Positions 51,128 through 64,000 of a DNA stretch of 64,000 nt are shown one piece after another; position 1 is the first letter of the stretch; each line of letters begins with the position of its first letter. Position numbers and translations under genes: made by a program. The stretch covers positions 91,388,001 to 91,452,000 of the forward strand of contig NC_043006.1 of assembly GCF_006345805.1 (NCBI RefSeq), written 5' to 3'. A model generated the notes under the pieces. The model made no database searches. It saw only the letters and a program-made list of their open reading frames with translations, and was not told where the DNA came from. Origin of the DNA: Octopus sinensis. Taxonomy: Eukaryota.

Positions 51128-51439
51128 TACCAACAATAATAATAATAATAACAACCATAACAAACAACTCTATTCGTAAATACAAACCAAATTGATTTCA
51201 CAACCAAATTCTATAAATAAAAGCTACTTTCGCAATTATAAGATGGAAAGTCATAATGGAAAACATTCAAGTGGAATACAATATTCAATATCAGCTACTC
51301 TTAATATTTATTTTAAATCGACAGAGATGTATTTTAGCGTCGTTGGTGACGAGTTTACAACGAACCGGTAGAGTCTTTAGTTCTCTACATTTCCGAAAGC
51401 GAAGGTGACAGGTAAGTTTTTATACGACGTAGTGTTGAA

Positions 51440-51842
51440 CTACATGGCTCAAAAACCTGGACGTTATCAAAGGAGCTTGAGAGGCGGTTGGATGGAACCT
51501 ACACTCGCCTCCTTATGAGAGCTCAAAATCTCTCGTGGAAGCGTCATCTAACCAAAGTACAAATATATGGGAAATTACCACCTGTATCATCTCTCGTGAA
51601 AGGTAGAAGAGTCCAGTTTGCTGGACATTGTTGTAGAGCTGGAAACGAGGTAATTTCTACTCTTCTCCTCTGGAAGCCATCTGCTCGCGATACCAGAGGG
51701 CGCACACTCTCCTACACTGATGTAATCTCCAGAGATACAGGCATCCAGCAACAGGACCTCCGTAATGCTATGATGGCCCATGAAGTCTGGCATAACATAG
51801 TAAATTCCATTGTCTCGACCACAGTCGAACAATGAATGATGA
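51440..51842 (+). mobile_element. RTE-like LINE 3' fragment
   Basis: ORF 51488-51835 is near-identical in protein to the minus ORF 22469-22960. Confidence 0.85.
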
Positions 51843-52368
51843 ATGTTGAACGAATATCACAGAACGAATATCACATCGAACAACACCAAATTTTAAAAAT
51901 ATTTTCTCACTTAAGTTTACATATTTCACCAATGTGTATACATACATACATACATACATACAGACAGATATATACATATGAATGTATATATATATGTATT
52001 TACACATACACGCACATATTCTTAAACAAGAATATTATTGACGTTCAACAACATTCTTGTTGAAGAAAAATAAATTGTACTCTACAAAAGTCTAGAGTAA
52101 CCCTACTTTCATATAAACAGATCTGCATACAGACGGATAAGTACACAGGTTATATGAACAGACAATATATATACATACACATATTTGCATACACACACAC
52201 TCACACACACATTCTTCCACTGCTCTAGGGACGAATTCCTTAGTTTTTTACTCCACCCTAAACGTATGGTATGATGCTAGGTGTTTCCATTATTTTGTCC
52301 AAACCCTGTATATATATATTTGATGGACATATAGTGGTACGTAAGCCGTCTCAAGAAATCTCTAGTGA

Positions 52369-52435
52369 GACTTTTTATTGATGTACGTGAAGAGACCCGG
52401 AATGGGTCGAAACTTGTGTTGTGCCCAATAAAGTC
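52369..52435 (+). ncRNA. Degenerate type I hammerhead (C3 changed to G)
   Basis: GTAC-GTGAAGA-GACCC ggaat GGGTC-GAA-AC ttgt GT-T-GTGC, with outer stem GACTTTTTATTG/CAATAAAGTC. Confidence 0.55.
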
Positions 52436-52461
52436 TATTACACATTCCATCTCCTATCTTA

Positions 52462-52499
<38 letters not shown>

Positions 52500-53234
52500 T
52501 AGGAAAAAAAAAACACCTTTCATCAATTCAATAATGAAAAATTAAATTATACCACCTAGAAAATTACATATTATAGAAAGATTAAAAATAAGATAAGACA
52601 TATAACGATGATTAAGTAATGTACAAAATAATAAATAAAACGTATACATTTGGTAGAATAACGACACGCGTTTCGTGGCTATATTTAAAAAATGATAATC
52701 GTAAAAATAATAGTAGAAGTAGTAAAATCACTCCATGTATGTATGCATGTATATATTTTATTCGATGTATACACACAACTACTCGTCCACCTCCATCCCC
52801 GTATACATTGTTTGATGCATATATGGAAGCATATGTTGGTACCTAGGTAAGTGAAATTATAAGAGTACATATTCTAAGTACTAGTGAGTCTGAATTGTCC
52901 TTTTTATAAGTACCCCTCGCGCGACTCGGCATCTCTGTACTTAGTTCCGTAATTTATTACTTCTAGGTAAATCAACAGGAATTTAATACACGAGTACACA
53001 CTCACAAAAGGACACACACACACACACACGCACACTCGCATACACAAGCACATGCGCGCGCGTACACACACACATGAACACACACGCGCACACATACACG
53101 ACAGGTTTCTTCACAGTTTCTATCGTCCAAGTATTAGGCATCTAAAGTCACTGAGTGATATCGAGCTTGGAAACTACTTAGCTGCGAAGCAATCCTTTTA
53201 AAAACACACCCATTCCAGCGTCCAGAAAATTTCA

Positions 53235-53269
<35 letters not shown>

Positions 53270-53277
53270 CATCATTA

Positions 53278-53680
53278 TGGGAGTGGCTCTGTGGTAAGTA
53301 GCTTGCTTACCAACCACATGGTTCCGGGTTCAGTCCCACTGCGTGGCACCTTGGGCAAGTGTCTTCTACTATAGCCTCGGATCGACCAAAGCCTTGTGAG
53401 TAAATTTGGTAGACGGAGACTGAAAGAAGCCCATCGTGTATATATATATATGTATATGTATGTGTGTATATATGTTTGTGTCTGCGTTTGTCCCCCCAAC
53501 ATCGCTTAACAACCAATGTTGGTGTGTTTACATCCCCGTAACTTAGCGGTTCGGCGAAATAGACCGATAGAATAAGTACTAGGCTTACAAAGAATAAGTC
53601 TTGGGGTGATTTTCTCGACTAAAGGTGGTGATCCAGCATGGCCACAGTCAAATGACTGAAACAAGTAAAAACAGTAAAAA
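53278..53680 (+). mobile_element. SINE family A, full length
   Basis: Head GGAGTGGCTCTGTGGTAAGTAGCTTGC; tail CAGCATGGCCACAGTCAAATGACTGAAACAAGTAAAA. Confidence 0.85.
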
Positions 53681-53684
53681 AGAG

Positions 53685-53718
<34 letters not shown>

Positions 53719-54264
53719 TTCTGATATGGCACCCAGCCAAAATTTACAGGAAAGGAGATATGGTAGACAGCATCGATATTACTAATACATTTTTGATCGA
53801 TCTCAAAGAACAAAACACTTTTATCGACTCCAAGAAAGAAATTTGAACCTGAAGTGGAGAGACGCGACTCGATAATCTAAAACGTTTCGTTCGTTCCTTC
53901 GTCTGAAATTTCTTACAAAACAACTTTGCCCATCAGACAAAAATAGAACAAAAAAAAAAGCCGGAATCTGAAGAAAATAGTGATGGTTTATCTCGGCAAA
54001 AATCAATCAAAGTTGGTAAACTTTAGTCGCCATGAGGAGTGTTGTTCAGTGCAACGCCACAAGCCTTACTCTTCATCAGGGAGTAAAGAAAACACCACAA
54101 ACCTTGATGATGTCCGTGTGTTTCGGCCGATGGGAAAAATGACGTTGGTGTCAGACTGTTTGATCCTTTCCGATTTCCTTAACGTCTGAAAACAAAGAAA
54201 AACTGGTATTGTTGTTGGTCTGTATGAACTTTGGTATTCCCCTGAAAGTAGGGAAGCACGAGAA

Positions 54265-54540
54265 CAATGCTTCTCAACCGGGGTACGTACGACCCTTAGG
54301 TGGGGGTCGGGGCTTATATAAGATTATTTTTTTTCCTTAAAATTTATGTGCAATAAATTAATTATACTTGCATTATACACAGAATATTCAAACAACTTTT
54401 TTCTGAAATAACTAATGTTAATATTTAATTATAAAACTTTAATAGGATTTTTTAAACATCGAGTGGCTGTGAGCGTCGGTTCAAGTAAGACAGAAATCAA
54501 AGAGATGCAGAGGTGAAAAAAAAATGGTCGAGAACCACGA
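54265..54540. mobile_element. Non-autonomous hAT-like element (degenerate TIRs)
   Basis: CAATGCTTCTCAACC (54265-54279) and GGTCGAGAACCACGA (54526-54540) approximate CAGTGGTTCTCAACC inverted termini. Confidence 0.45.
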
Positions 54541-55131
54541 CGCAAGAAAAAGAAAAGGTAAAAGAAACCCGGAATGGTTGATGATGTTTTGGGGAAAGAT
54601 TGGTCTGAAAGTAACCCTGTTTTTCTCTCTTTCCTTCAGAATTCATCGAAGGTCAAGGTTCGAACCGTTAGACCACACCCCTCAGGGTAAATGAACTTTA
54701 CCAAACTGAAAGTTTCCTATAGAATGGCATCGGTCCAGTGGCTCTGGTTTCTAAATATTGAATTTCCACTTAGCACAAAATGAATAACAATTGTGATTAT
54801 ACGGTAGAATAGATAAGATTGTGTTTTATACACACACACACACACATCCCACAAACTATGTCTATACTCTTACAAATTACCAGTACCAGTGTATCTGCCC
54901 AAACCACCACCACCACCACCACCACCACCACCACCGCTAATAACAATAGCATTTCAAACCACCTCTATCTCATTCAAATCGGACCGTCAAATGATTTATA
55001 AACATCGTTACTTATTTGTTGATACACAATAAATACAAACGAATAACATTACTCACACACAACCCAAAATATACACATGTGGACATATGCGTCTGTGAGT
55101 GTGTGCATATATATATATAATATATATATAT

Positions 55132-55168
<37 letters not shown>

Positions 55169-55689
55169 ATGTGCACACATAGTTATGTATGTGCGTATAT
55201 TATATTATATAAACGGAACAAAAAACAAGGAAAACAGATAAACAGAAAAACATTAGCAAATACAAAATAAAAATACATAAAAAACCTTTGCATTGAAACA
55301 CAAAAATAGGAACAGAAAAACAAAGCAGAGAACAAGAGCAGCAACAACAATAACAAGAACAACATAATTATACTAAAGTAAATTGGCAACTGGAAACGAT
55401 TTTCATTGAAAATGTCAAGAATATAAGTTGGCCAGGTTTGTTTTTCCGAATCTGACCAGAAACAGGAGAGGAAATGATGGGCTTTCAATGGCGAGCATAA
55501 TAGGGAAGTCATTAGAATGGTTAAAGCATCAGCTGACTTATTTTTAACATGGCATTTATAGGCTGTTGATTCTAATTGTGCACCACCACCACCACCACCA
55601 CCACCACCACCAACAACACCACCAGTAGCAGAAGCTACGACAATACCCCACAAATATGCTACTTTTATTACAAACACTACAGGCGACTA

Positions 55690-55715
55690 CCACAACTACA
55701 ACAACAACAACAATA

Positions 55716-55799
<84 letters not shown>

Positions 55800-55815
55800 G
55801 CTACTACTACTATAC
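55690..55815. repeat. (ACA)n/(TAC)n microsatellite
   Basis: Direct reading. Confidence 0.95.
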
Positions 55816-55906
55816 CACACGGACCAACCATTGTGCATAAAACGTAAAAAGCAAATACACAGATATTTATAATCATTCAATTCCGATAAAATACAATTAT
55901 ACGGAT

Positions 55907-55938
<32 letters not shown>

Positions 55939-55959
55939 GTTTGTATTTATATATGTATA

Positions 55960-55995
<36 letters not shown>

Positions 55996-56027
55996 TATGT
56001 ATATATATATGTACATATGCATACATA

Positions 56028-56076
<49 letters not shown>

Positions 56077-56244
56077 TATAGTGCTTGTATAAAGTCAACA
56101 TAACGTGACAGTCCCGTAGAGGGAATTACACCACTGCTATTTAGCCCTAGGAAGCATCGACGCTTCCTGTCGGCTTTGACACATTTCCTGTGTCCTTATA
56201 TTTGCAAAGGGGAGGCAAGCACCCCCACCAGCTAGGACTAGCAA

Positions 56245-56290
56245 CCTAAAGACATGCATGTTTCTGGGTATTGCCCGTCATCAGTCCAGG
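56245..56290 (-). ncRNA. Type I hammerhead ribozyme with canonical CUGAUGA core
   Basis: Reverse complement CCTGGA-CTGATGA-CGGG caata CCCA-GAA-ACATGCATGT-C-TTTAGG; palindromic stem III; one mismatch at the base of stem II. Confidence 0.75.
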
Positions 56291-56667
56291 GTAGCGCGTC
56301 CCCGCTAGCGGATATACTTACCAAGCCTTTGCAAATATATCTATTTACAGTGAAATCTATTCACTGGTCACCGTAATTAGAAATATTGAATTTCTAAATG
56401 TCTCAACGAGACATGAGTGGTGTGTATACATACGTATACACACACACACATATATATATGCATAAATATAGCGTGCAACGTGCAATTATATAATTGTTAG
56501 ACGGTGTCAATGACCGGGGAATCTTCAAGGTCCCTATCAATGAATTTAATAGCAGCTGCAACTTTACTTAGTTACTATTTACAGGTTAAATAGTTTGCAT
56601 ATCTATCTATTTATATATAACCTATATATATATATATATATATATATATAGATATATATATATATAA

Positions 56668-56795
<128 letters not shown>

Positions 56796-57725
56796 GGTTT
56801 AGTTCGCTGCTGATCTGAATGAATAGGTACGCTGTGTAAGTGCTATGATTGGTCAACTGTTAGGTTCCAAGTTCACAGCTGAGGCTGGAACTAGGGATCC
56901 GAAGTAGGCTTCCGAGTTAGAAGGTATATATTAGAGGGAAAAGGATAATAAAACCAAGGCAAGATGAGTATCTCAGGTCATTTAGAGTATTTAATTAGAG
57001 TAAGGTGAATTTGATGTAAGTGACGCCCTACAACTGTTTCTGGCATATCCCGGTAGATGGGTCAGCATCTCCTCCACACATTGGGTATTCCGTGATCAGA
57101 GACAAGATGAGTATGCAAGAAACTTCCAGAGAGAATTCACAGAACATAAAGCAATGAAACAGTAGACAGGACTGCGAGAGACTACAAATCATATCTTCAT
57201 GTGTTTCATGAGTTTCATGACTTACGTTCCAAGTAGAGTTTTGTCTTCCGCGTGAGTTTTCTTTCTTTATTCTGAAGCTGCGTTCACATTCTTTTTCTTT
57301 TTCTCTTTATTGCTGTTGACATCGTCATAAAGACTGATGCTGCATTTTGGTGTCGAAACGATGAAGATATCCTTTTGCGGTGTGCAATGTTTACACAATG
57401 CTCGTTTCCACTCTGTCGTTGTTGCCTTACTTTGTTCCTGCCTTCTTGATAAACCTCTCAGTAGTTCCCGTTGGTAGTATATGTGTATGTGAATATGTGC
57501 CTGTGTTAGTCTGTACGTGTAAGGCTGGGGAAGTGAATGCACTTTTCGAGTTCAATACACACACACATGCATATATATATACATACATAGACACACAGAC
57601 ATATATATATATACATATATATATACATATATATATATACATACAGAGACATACGTACATACATACATACATACATCCATCCATACATACATATATGTAT
57701 ATATATATATTTATATCTATCTATC

Positions 57726-57757
<32 letters not shown>

Positions 57758-57794
57758 ATATCTATCTATCTATCTATCTATATCTATCTATCTA

Positions 57795-57907
<113 letters not shown>

Positions 57908-57909
57908 GG

Positions 57910-58560
57910 TTACAGTGAATAACCTGTCGTCTAAATTACGCAAAAATGAAAATAACACTGACATCTCATTTTAACAGATATATTTACCAAAATTATATAA
58001 AAATATCTTGAATACCAAAGAATATATCTATTCAATAAAATCGCCATTCGCTTCATCCATGACATCCAGATGACTTTGGAATGTCCTACAACTCTTCTGG
58101 ACAGCCTCCTTGTTTAAGTTGGTGAATGCTGCCATAATCCTTGCCTTCATTTCATCTTTGGAGTTACAAGGAGTTTTGTTTGTCTCTCGCTTAACTGCGC
58201 CCCACACATAATAATTAAGGAGGTTGCAATCTGGGGAGTTAGGTGCCCTGATGTTAGGGGTGATTTGGTCGTAGAAATTGTCTGACAGCCACGATTGGTT
58301 TCTCCTGCTTGTGTGGCATGATGTAGAGTCCTGTTGCCAAACATAGGGTCTTCCAGCAGCCACCCTCTTGACCTAGGGCAGCACTACCTCCTCTAAGCAC
58401 TTGATGTAGGCCTCCGTGTTGGTGTGAAGCCGTGTGGGAAGATGAATGGAGTCATAACGTCGCCATCACTATTGATTACTCCAAACACCATGATGTTGAC
58501 TGGATGTTTGATTTTTATCACTCTTGGTACATCTGTCCTCAGATTGCACTGTCCTCAGAT
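57910..58560 (-). pseudogene. Tc1/mariner (maT/Bmmar1-like) transposase 3' remnant
   Basis: YVWQQDSTSCHTSRRNQSWL...APNSPDCNLLNYYVWGAV...EANGDFIE*. Confidence 0.8.
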
Positions 58561-59759
58561 TGACACTAAAACATTCTCAAATGTTCGTATTGCAACATCC
58601 GGTGCGAATGCCAAGCAATACAGTATGTCATTTCCAAATTTCTAGCTGAGTGAATTGCGTTAGGGTGCTGTTTATGTCACAGACGGTGCCCAACTGACCC
58701 TACGATACTGTGTAGTCGACGAAATCAATAACAATGCGCAAGCGCGAAATTAAAAATATAAAATGGTAACAATTTACTCATCGCTCCCTGTATGTGTGTG
58801 TGTGTGTGGTGTGTGTGTGTCCGGTAGAATAAACAGGATAACTAGAACTCAATACATGAAGATGTAAATAGACAAACTGATAGACAGACAGATAAATAGA
58901 TAAAGAGAGAGAAGAGGGAGAGAGAGAGGGAGAGAGAGACAATGAGAGGGAAAGAAAGCGTTGCAGGCAAAATATCGAAATGAAATAAAGAAAAAGAAAT
59001 CGAAATATAGGACTTGGTGGGGTGGGGTGGGAGGGGGAGAAAGAGAAAATGAGAAAACTAGGAAAGAGAGAGGGAGAGATGGAGAGGAAGAGAGGGAGAG
59101 AGGGAGAGAGGGAGAGGGAGAGAGAGACTATCAATCAAGCAAACAAAAGGAGAGCAAGGAAAGAAGTGGTGACGAAGAGGTAAAACAACGCAACAAGTAT
59201 TCCCTCTTCTTCTCCTCTTCCTTCTTCTTCTTCTTCTTCTTCTTCTTCTTCTTCTTCTTCTTCTTCTCTCTTCCCTTCTCTCTCTTTCTTTCTCTCTCAC
59301 TCATCGTCCGTCTCTCAGAGAAAGTGAAATATAACCTATTGACAAACTACGTCAATGGCGAATCATTTGTTCACCATTAGCGACAAAAACTTGGCTGAAC
59401 CAATGAGGAAACCATATTCCTGTCATACAGCATAATTGGTGAGGGAGACACGTGTTTCCTGCGGAAATAGCCATGAATACCTTTTAGCTTTCCATTACTA
59501 CAACTCCTCCGCCAACCACATACATAATATAGATCTATCACTTACCTATATGAGATGAATAGTCACATAACCAACAACCTGTTCCGTCAAGTAACTCGTA
59601 CTTAATATTTTATATCTTTTGTCTGCTATAACTGACGTTCATTTTCCTTCCGTGTCATAGCGCCGACTACCATTTTAGCCGTAGTACACTCGCAGGGATA
59701 AAAACAAGCCCCCTACATTAACTGAGATTATACTATCACGTTTATGAACTGTGACTTAT

Positions 59760-59829
<70 letters not shown>

Positions 59830-60022
59830 TATATATATATATATGTATATATGTAGTATCCTATTGACGTTCCTTGGTTTCATGAGTAGCTAGCTGAGTA
59901 CCACTTGTTGAGTAATTATTACGTCAGAGGATCTACTATCTAGGAAACATATGTAGCCTAGATTTTACTTGTTCCACCCTTTCAATTTGGGTGTGTTGTG
60001 TATATATATGTATATGCATCAG

Positions 60023-60068
<46 letters not shown>

Positions 60069-60166
60069 ATTAATCAATATAGGGTGGCAAAAAATTTCGT
60101 AGAATTCTTTTGCCACCAGCGGCCTAGTGGGAAAAAATTAAATAGTCATAGACCATTTATAAATTC

Positions 60167-60364
60167 AACAGCAAAATCAAGGAACGGCCATATAGGCCAT
60201 TCACCCACTAGAAATAACAGCCAAGGCTTCAACCGCAAAACAACATTAATTCCGCAAACCAGGAGAAAATTAAAAAAAATTAATGTTGTTTTGCGGTTGA
60301 AGCCTTGGCTGTTATTTCTAGTGGGTGAATGGCCTATTATGGCCGTTCCTTGATTTGTGCTGTT
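60167..60364. repeat. Long inverted repeat (about 85-bp arms, 26-nt spacer)
   Basis: 60167-60251 is the reverse complement of 60278-60364 with two small indels. Confidence 0.9.
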
Positions 60365-60365
60365 A

Positions 60366-60481
<116 letters not shown>

Positions 60482-60569
60482 GTATAATATATATATATAT
60501 GAATATATATACATATATATATGTATATGTATGTATGTATAGGGTTATCATCGTTCAGTTTTCCTATCC

Positions 60570-60830
60570 AACCAACGACTCCTCTGGGAAACTAGGATGC
60601 CTCCTTTCGTTGTATAATTCCGATTTAGACCCTTCTTATCGTATTCTCTTCACTCTGAAGATCCGACTGGGTTGACGGCTCCCGTTGGTTGACAACATGC
60701 CATATGGTCGCGGCGGATGAAGAGGTATATCATGGAGATGAGGACCGACTGGAACCCGGGAGGACCCGGGAACATACGGACAAATGGCGAATACACCAGC
60801 ACGCTGCAATGGCACATGCATCCACACCTG
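60570..60830 (-). mobile_element. Possible old RTE-like LINE fragment
   Basis: Minus-strand peptides FQSVLISMIY... and SRIFRVKRI weakly resemble RTE ORF2 C-terminal motifs. Confidence 0.3.
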
Positions 60831-61060
60831 ACCTTATTTATACGCGCACACACACACACGCACGCACACACACACACACACGCACGCGCACACACACACA
60901 CACATGCATACACGTCTATATCTACATCTGTTTATTAATCTATCTGCACATATGTATATATATATAAAACAAGTAAAGTCATTCGCCAAGTTAAAGTGGC
61001 TATTCCATGTTACTCTTAATTTAACCCCAGGCAGGCCTTTCACGAGCTGGTTATCGGTGC

Positions 61061-62850
61061 GACGCTGCATCTTTTATATACAGGTTGACATTAAAATATC
61101 CGGCAACCTCCAGACCTGAGGAGAGCCGGATTTTCAAAAATACCTAATTTTCTATGGTTATATCTGCTGTATTTATTAACAGAAAATTCCTGCCTGTACA
61201 GTCCTTTAAAGAAAGAAAAGTTAAACACTAAATGAAAAACAGATGAAATTTTAATTTTCACTAATTAAATAAAATAGTTATCTAGAATTTTAATTCAACT
61301 AAATAAAATAATTCCTTAGAATTTTATTCATTACTGTATCCTCGAAAAGAAGCTAAACAGCAGATGGCCTGTCAGGATAATCCTCTTCATCACTGACAGT
61401 GACAACATCCTCAGCATTAGGAACAGCTTCAACTGTGGAGGAAATGGCGGTGACAGCACATCTGGTTGGCTTGAAGTTGATGGCAGTGGATTATCAAGTG
61501 TGGACACTGCTGCCGCTTCTTCCTGCTTCCTAGCCATTTTCTTGAATATATCGTGCAGTGTCTGTCGCTTCGTATACTTGGGTCTTTCTCTAATAACTTT
61601 ATCTTGGAGCAAGTAAACATTCATGATTTCTGGTTCACTTACAAAACCTCGTTCAGCCAGCAGTTCACCTGTCAACGGAATTAACCTGTCAATAGAGATT
61701 CTTTCTCTCACATCTTCCTCATCTTCATCACTGCTTTCATCTTCATCACTACCTGTACAGGCATTTCTCATCCGGACTTTTAACCATACCTACAAATTTC
61801 AGAATCAGTGTAACGATGAACTGTAGGCACATCATCATCAACATCATCCTTCCATCCATTCCGTTAAAGCATCTTCATTTATCCTTGATGAAAGCTCCTT
61901 GCAATCAGGATTAGCCACAGCTTTAACAAAAGCAATATGTTCATGTATAAGCTGCTTTTCTTTGGAAAGCCTAAACCCTCCAAGATTATTCTCAGTGTCT
62001 TCGTTAGAAGGGAAGCAAACATTAAACTTGGCCACAATCTATGCCATCCATTTTTCAGCGTTGATGTTTTCACAGACTTCCATGCATTGGCAACACAGTA
62101 CACCGCATCCTTAATGTTGAATTCGCTATGGAACTTCTGTACTGGGTTTGCCTGAATTAATTGAACTCATTAGGCGCCTCATTAACAGGGATCGATACTT
62201 GCACTTCATTGAATGTATAATACCATTGTCCTGTGGTTGAATTACTAATGTGCAGTTGGGTGGGAGGTAGACAACAAAAACATTATCTTTCACTTGATGA
62301 TCGGCTTTTGAATGTGCCGCACAAATGTCTAACATAAGAACTGCATTTAGGGTTTAGTCCAACTGAGTTGCAATGAGCAACAAATCATTTTCGAAACCAA
62401 TTCAATGTAATATCAGTGGTAACCCATCCCTTCTTGTTGGTACGGTAATGGATAGCAAAATTGTGTCATTCCCTTGAAGGCCCTCGGATGTAAACTTCTC
62501 CCGATAACAAGCGACTTACATCTATGAGTAGCCGCAGCATTAAAGCTGCACATTACCGTGATGCCATCCTTTGAAGCTTTAAATCCCGATGGCGATTTTG
62601 CATTCTCAGTTGAGTTCTTTTTGGTGTACATCTCCAAAACAAGGCAATCTCGTCAGCATTGTACACGTGTTCAGGACTTAAATGTTCATCACTAACTAAC
62701 TTTGCAAATTCATCCACATACGCACTAGCCGCATCTTTGTCTGATGAGCGTTTTACCATCATACACCACACGAAACTGTAAGCCATGTCACGACTTGAAA
62801 CGATGCAGCCAACCTTCTGAATATTCACGCTTGGCTGCAGTCAAGTCTGA
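61061..62850 (-). pseudogene. pogo/Tigger-like DNA transposon, degraded DDE transposase
   Basis: VYNADEIALFWRCTPKRT, GFKASKDGITVMCSFNAAATH, LDICAAH, YLPPNCTLVIQPQDNGII..MKCKYR, AWKSVKTSTLKNGW across several frames. Confidence 0.85.
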
Positions 62851-63004
62851 CACAAATAAAAGAATATATGTATCTGACAAGAAATAATTTTCATTTCTTT
62901 TTATGGAAACATAAAAAAACATAAAGGATTGCAGAAAAAATCATTGATTAGAAAACAAACATGAAATTCGGGCCAACGACTTTATATAACCCCTCGCTTC
63001 TATA

Positions 63005-63057
<53 letters not shown>

Positions 63058-63144
63058 TAAAAGTACAAAAATATATGGACCTGCCCGGATAGGTCCTTAT
63101 ATGTGTGTGTATATACATACATACATACATACACACACACACAT

Positions 63145-63179
<35 letters not shown>

Positions 63180-63236
63180 CATACATATATATATATATAC
63201 ATATAATATATATGTATATATATATATATATATTAT

Positions 63237-63277
<41 letters not shown>

Positions 63278-63722
63278 ACAATGCCTGCTTTCTCTTATGT
63301 CCCTGCCGTTAGGTTTCACTTATTCACACGTCAGCTTAATTTAATTCGTCCTTAGTCGAAAGACACCTGTTGCTAATGTCCCGTTGTTTGCATTTGTATT
63401 TGTGTACCATTTCTCTATTTATTTTTTCGTCCTTGTTTTTGTATACATTCGCTGCTTTCTTGCAAGGAATCTAGTGCTCTTAGCTTAGAAATTCCTTGTG
63501 GCTGGCCAGATTGGAACAGTCTCGAGTATAACCAGCCGAAACTTCAAAGATGATCTAGAACTCGACTTAGGAAAGAAACTCTGAATGACCCGTCCTTGTT
63601 TTTTCTTGTCCCTTTTTGTATCATCCAACTGTCTTGATGCTTTGTTGTCGCCTGTTACGTTCTTGTCCCATTTTTAATATTCTTTTTTATATACATATAG
63701 CGACGTACGTACACTTTGGTCT

Positions 63723-63759
<37 letters not shown>

Positions 63760-63851
63760 CATAAATAAGGGCAAACGATATGTCCAATTTCTCGGCATGA
63801 CTTAGTGTTTGCTTCTTCCATGGGTATGAGTAAGTATCTCATTTATTTCTT

Positions 63852-63919
63852 TTGCCACAGGTATCACTGACGAAGGGAGGCTGTTATGAGCTAACCCTGA
63901 AATCGGTCCGATATGGTAA
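63852..63919 (+). ncRNA. Type I hammerhead ribozyme, CUGACGA core
   Basis: TTGCCA..TATCA-CTGACGA-AGGG...CCCT-GAA-ATCGGT-C-CGATA-TGGTAA; one mismatch adjacent to the core in stem I. Confidence 0.7.
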
Positions 63920-64000
63920 TAATGGAATTTTTTAGAAATTTCTGTCGACCTTTTTTCGAGTAGCGTGCGTAATGTGAAAAAATTATATGGTTAATGGACA

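Noticed and set aside
57330-57375. CTGATGC...GTCGAAAC hammerhead-like string
   Set aside because: A9 is missing and stems I and II do not pair convincingly.
63500-63545. GGCTGG...CCAGCC GAAAC hairpin
   Set aside because: No CUGANGA or UUGANAA box precedes the stem.

Overview
AT-rich, microsatellite-dense eukaryotic DNA made almost entirely of mobile-element sequence. The SINE and LINE repertoire resembles cephalopod (Octopus-like) repeats; this is an inference from recognition only. No host protein-coding gene can be supported. The dominant feature is a very young 13.7-kb Penelope-like retroelement (PLE; RT plus C-terminal GIY-YIG) insertion at 23761-37459. It consists of an inverted 3' segment, one 5'-truncated unit and two full 4404-bp head-to-tail units, embedded in (TA)n. 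Each unit carries a minimal type I hammerhead ribozyme (HHR) with a non-canonical, compensated U3-A8 core (UUGAAAA instead of CUGANGA). A separate non-coding element at 179-867 has a 361-bp period, the same inverted-plus-tandem layout in (TA)n and the same U3-A8 hammerhead core, so it is a retrozyme-like candidate partner. Three more solitary hammerhead motifs occur (52.4, 56.3 and 63.9 kb), giving nine in total. Other content: L1/Tx1-like LINEs (two flanked by (TATC)n, one lacking RT), RTE and CR1-like remnants, Tc1/mariner and pogo/Tigger relics, three SINE families (one expanded into a 5-unit array) and two long hairpins. Most short ORFs in the supplied track are microsatellite artefacts.
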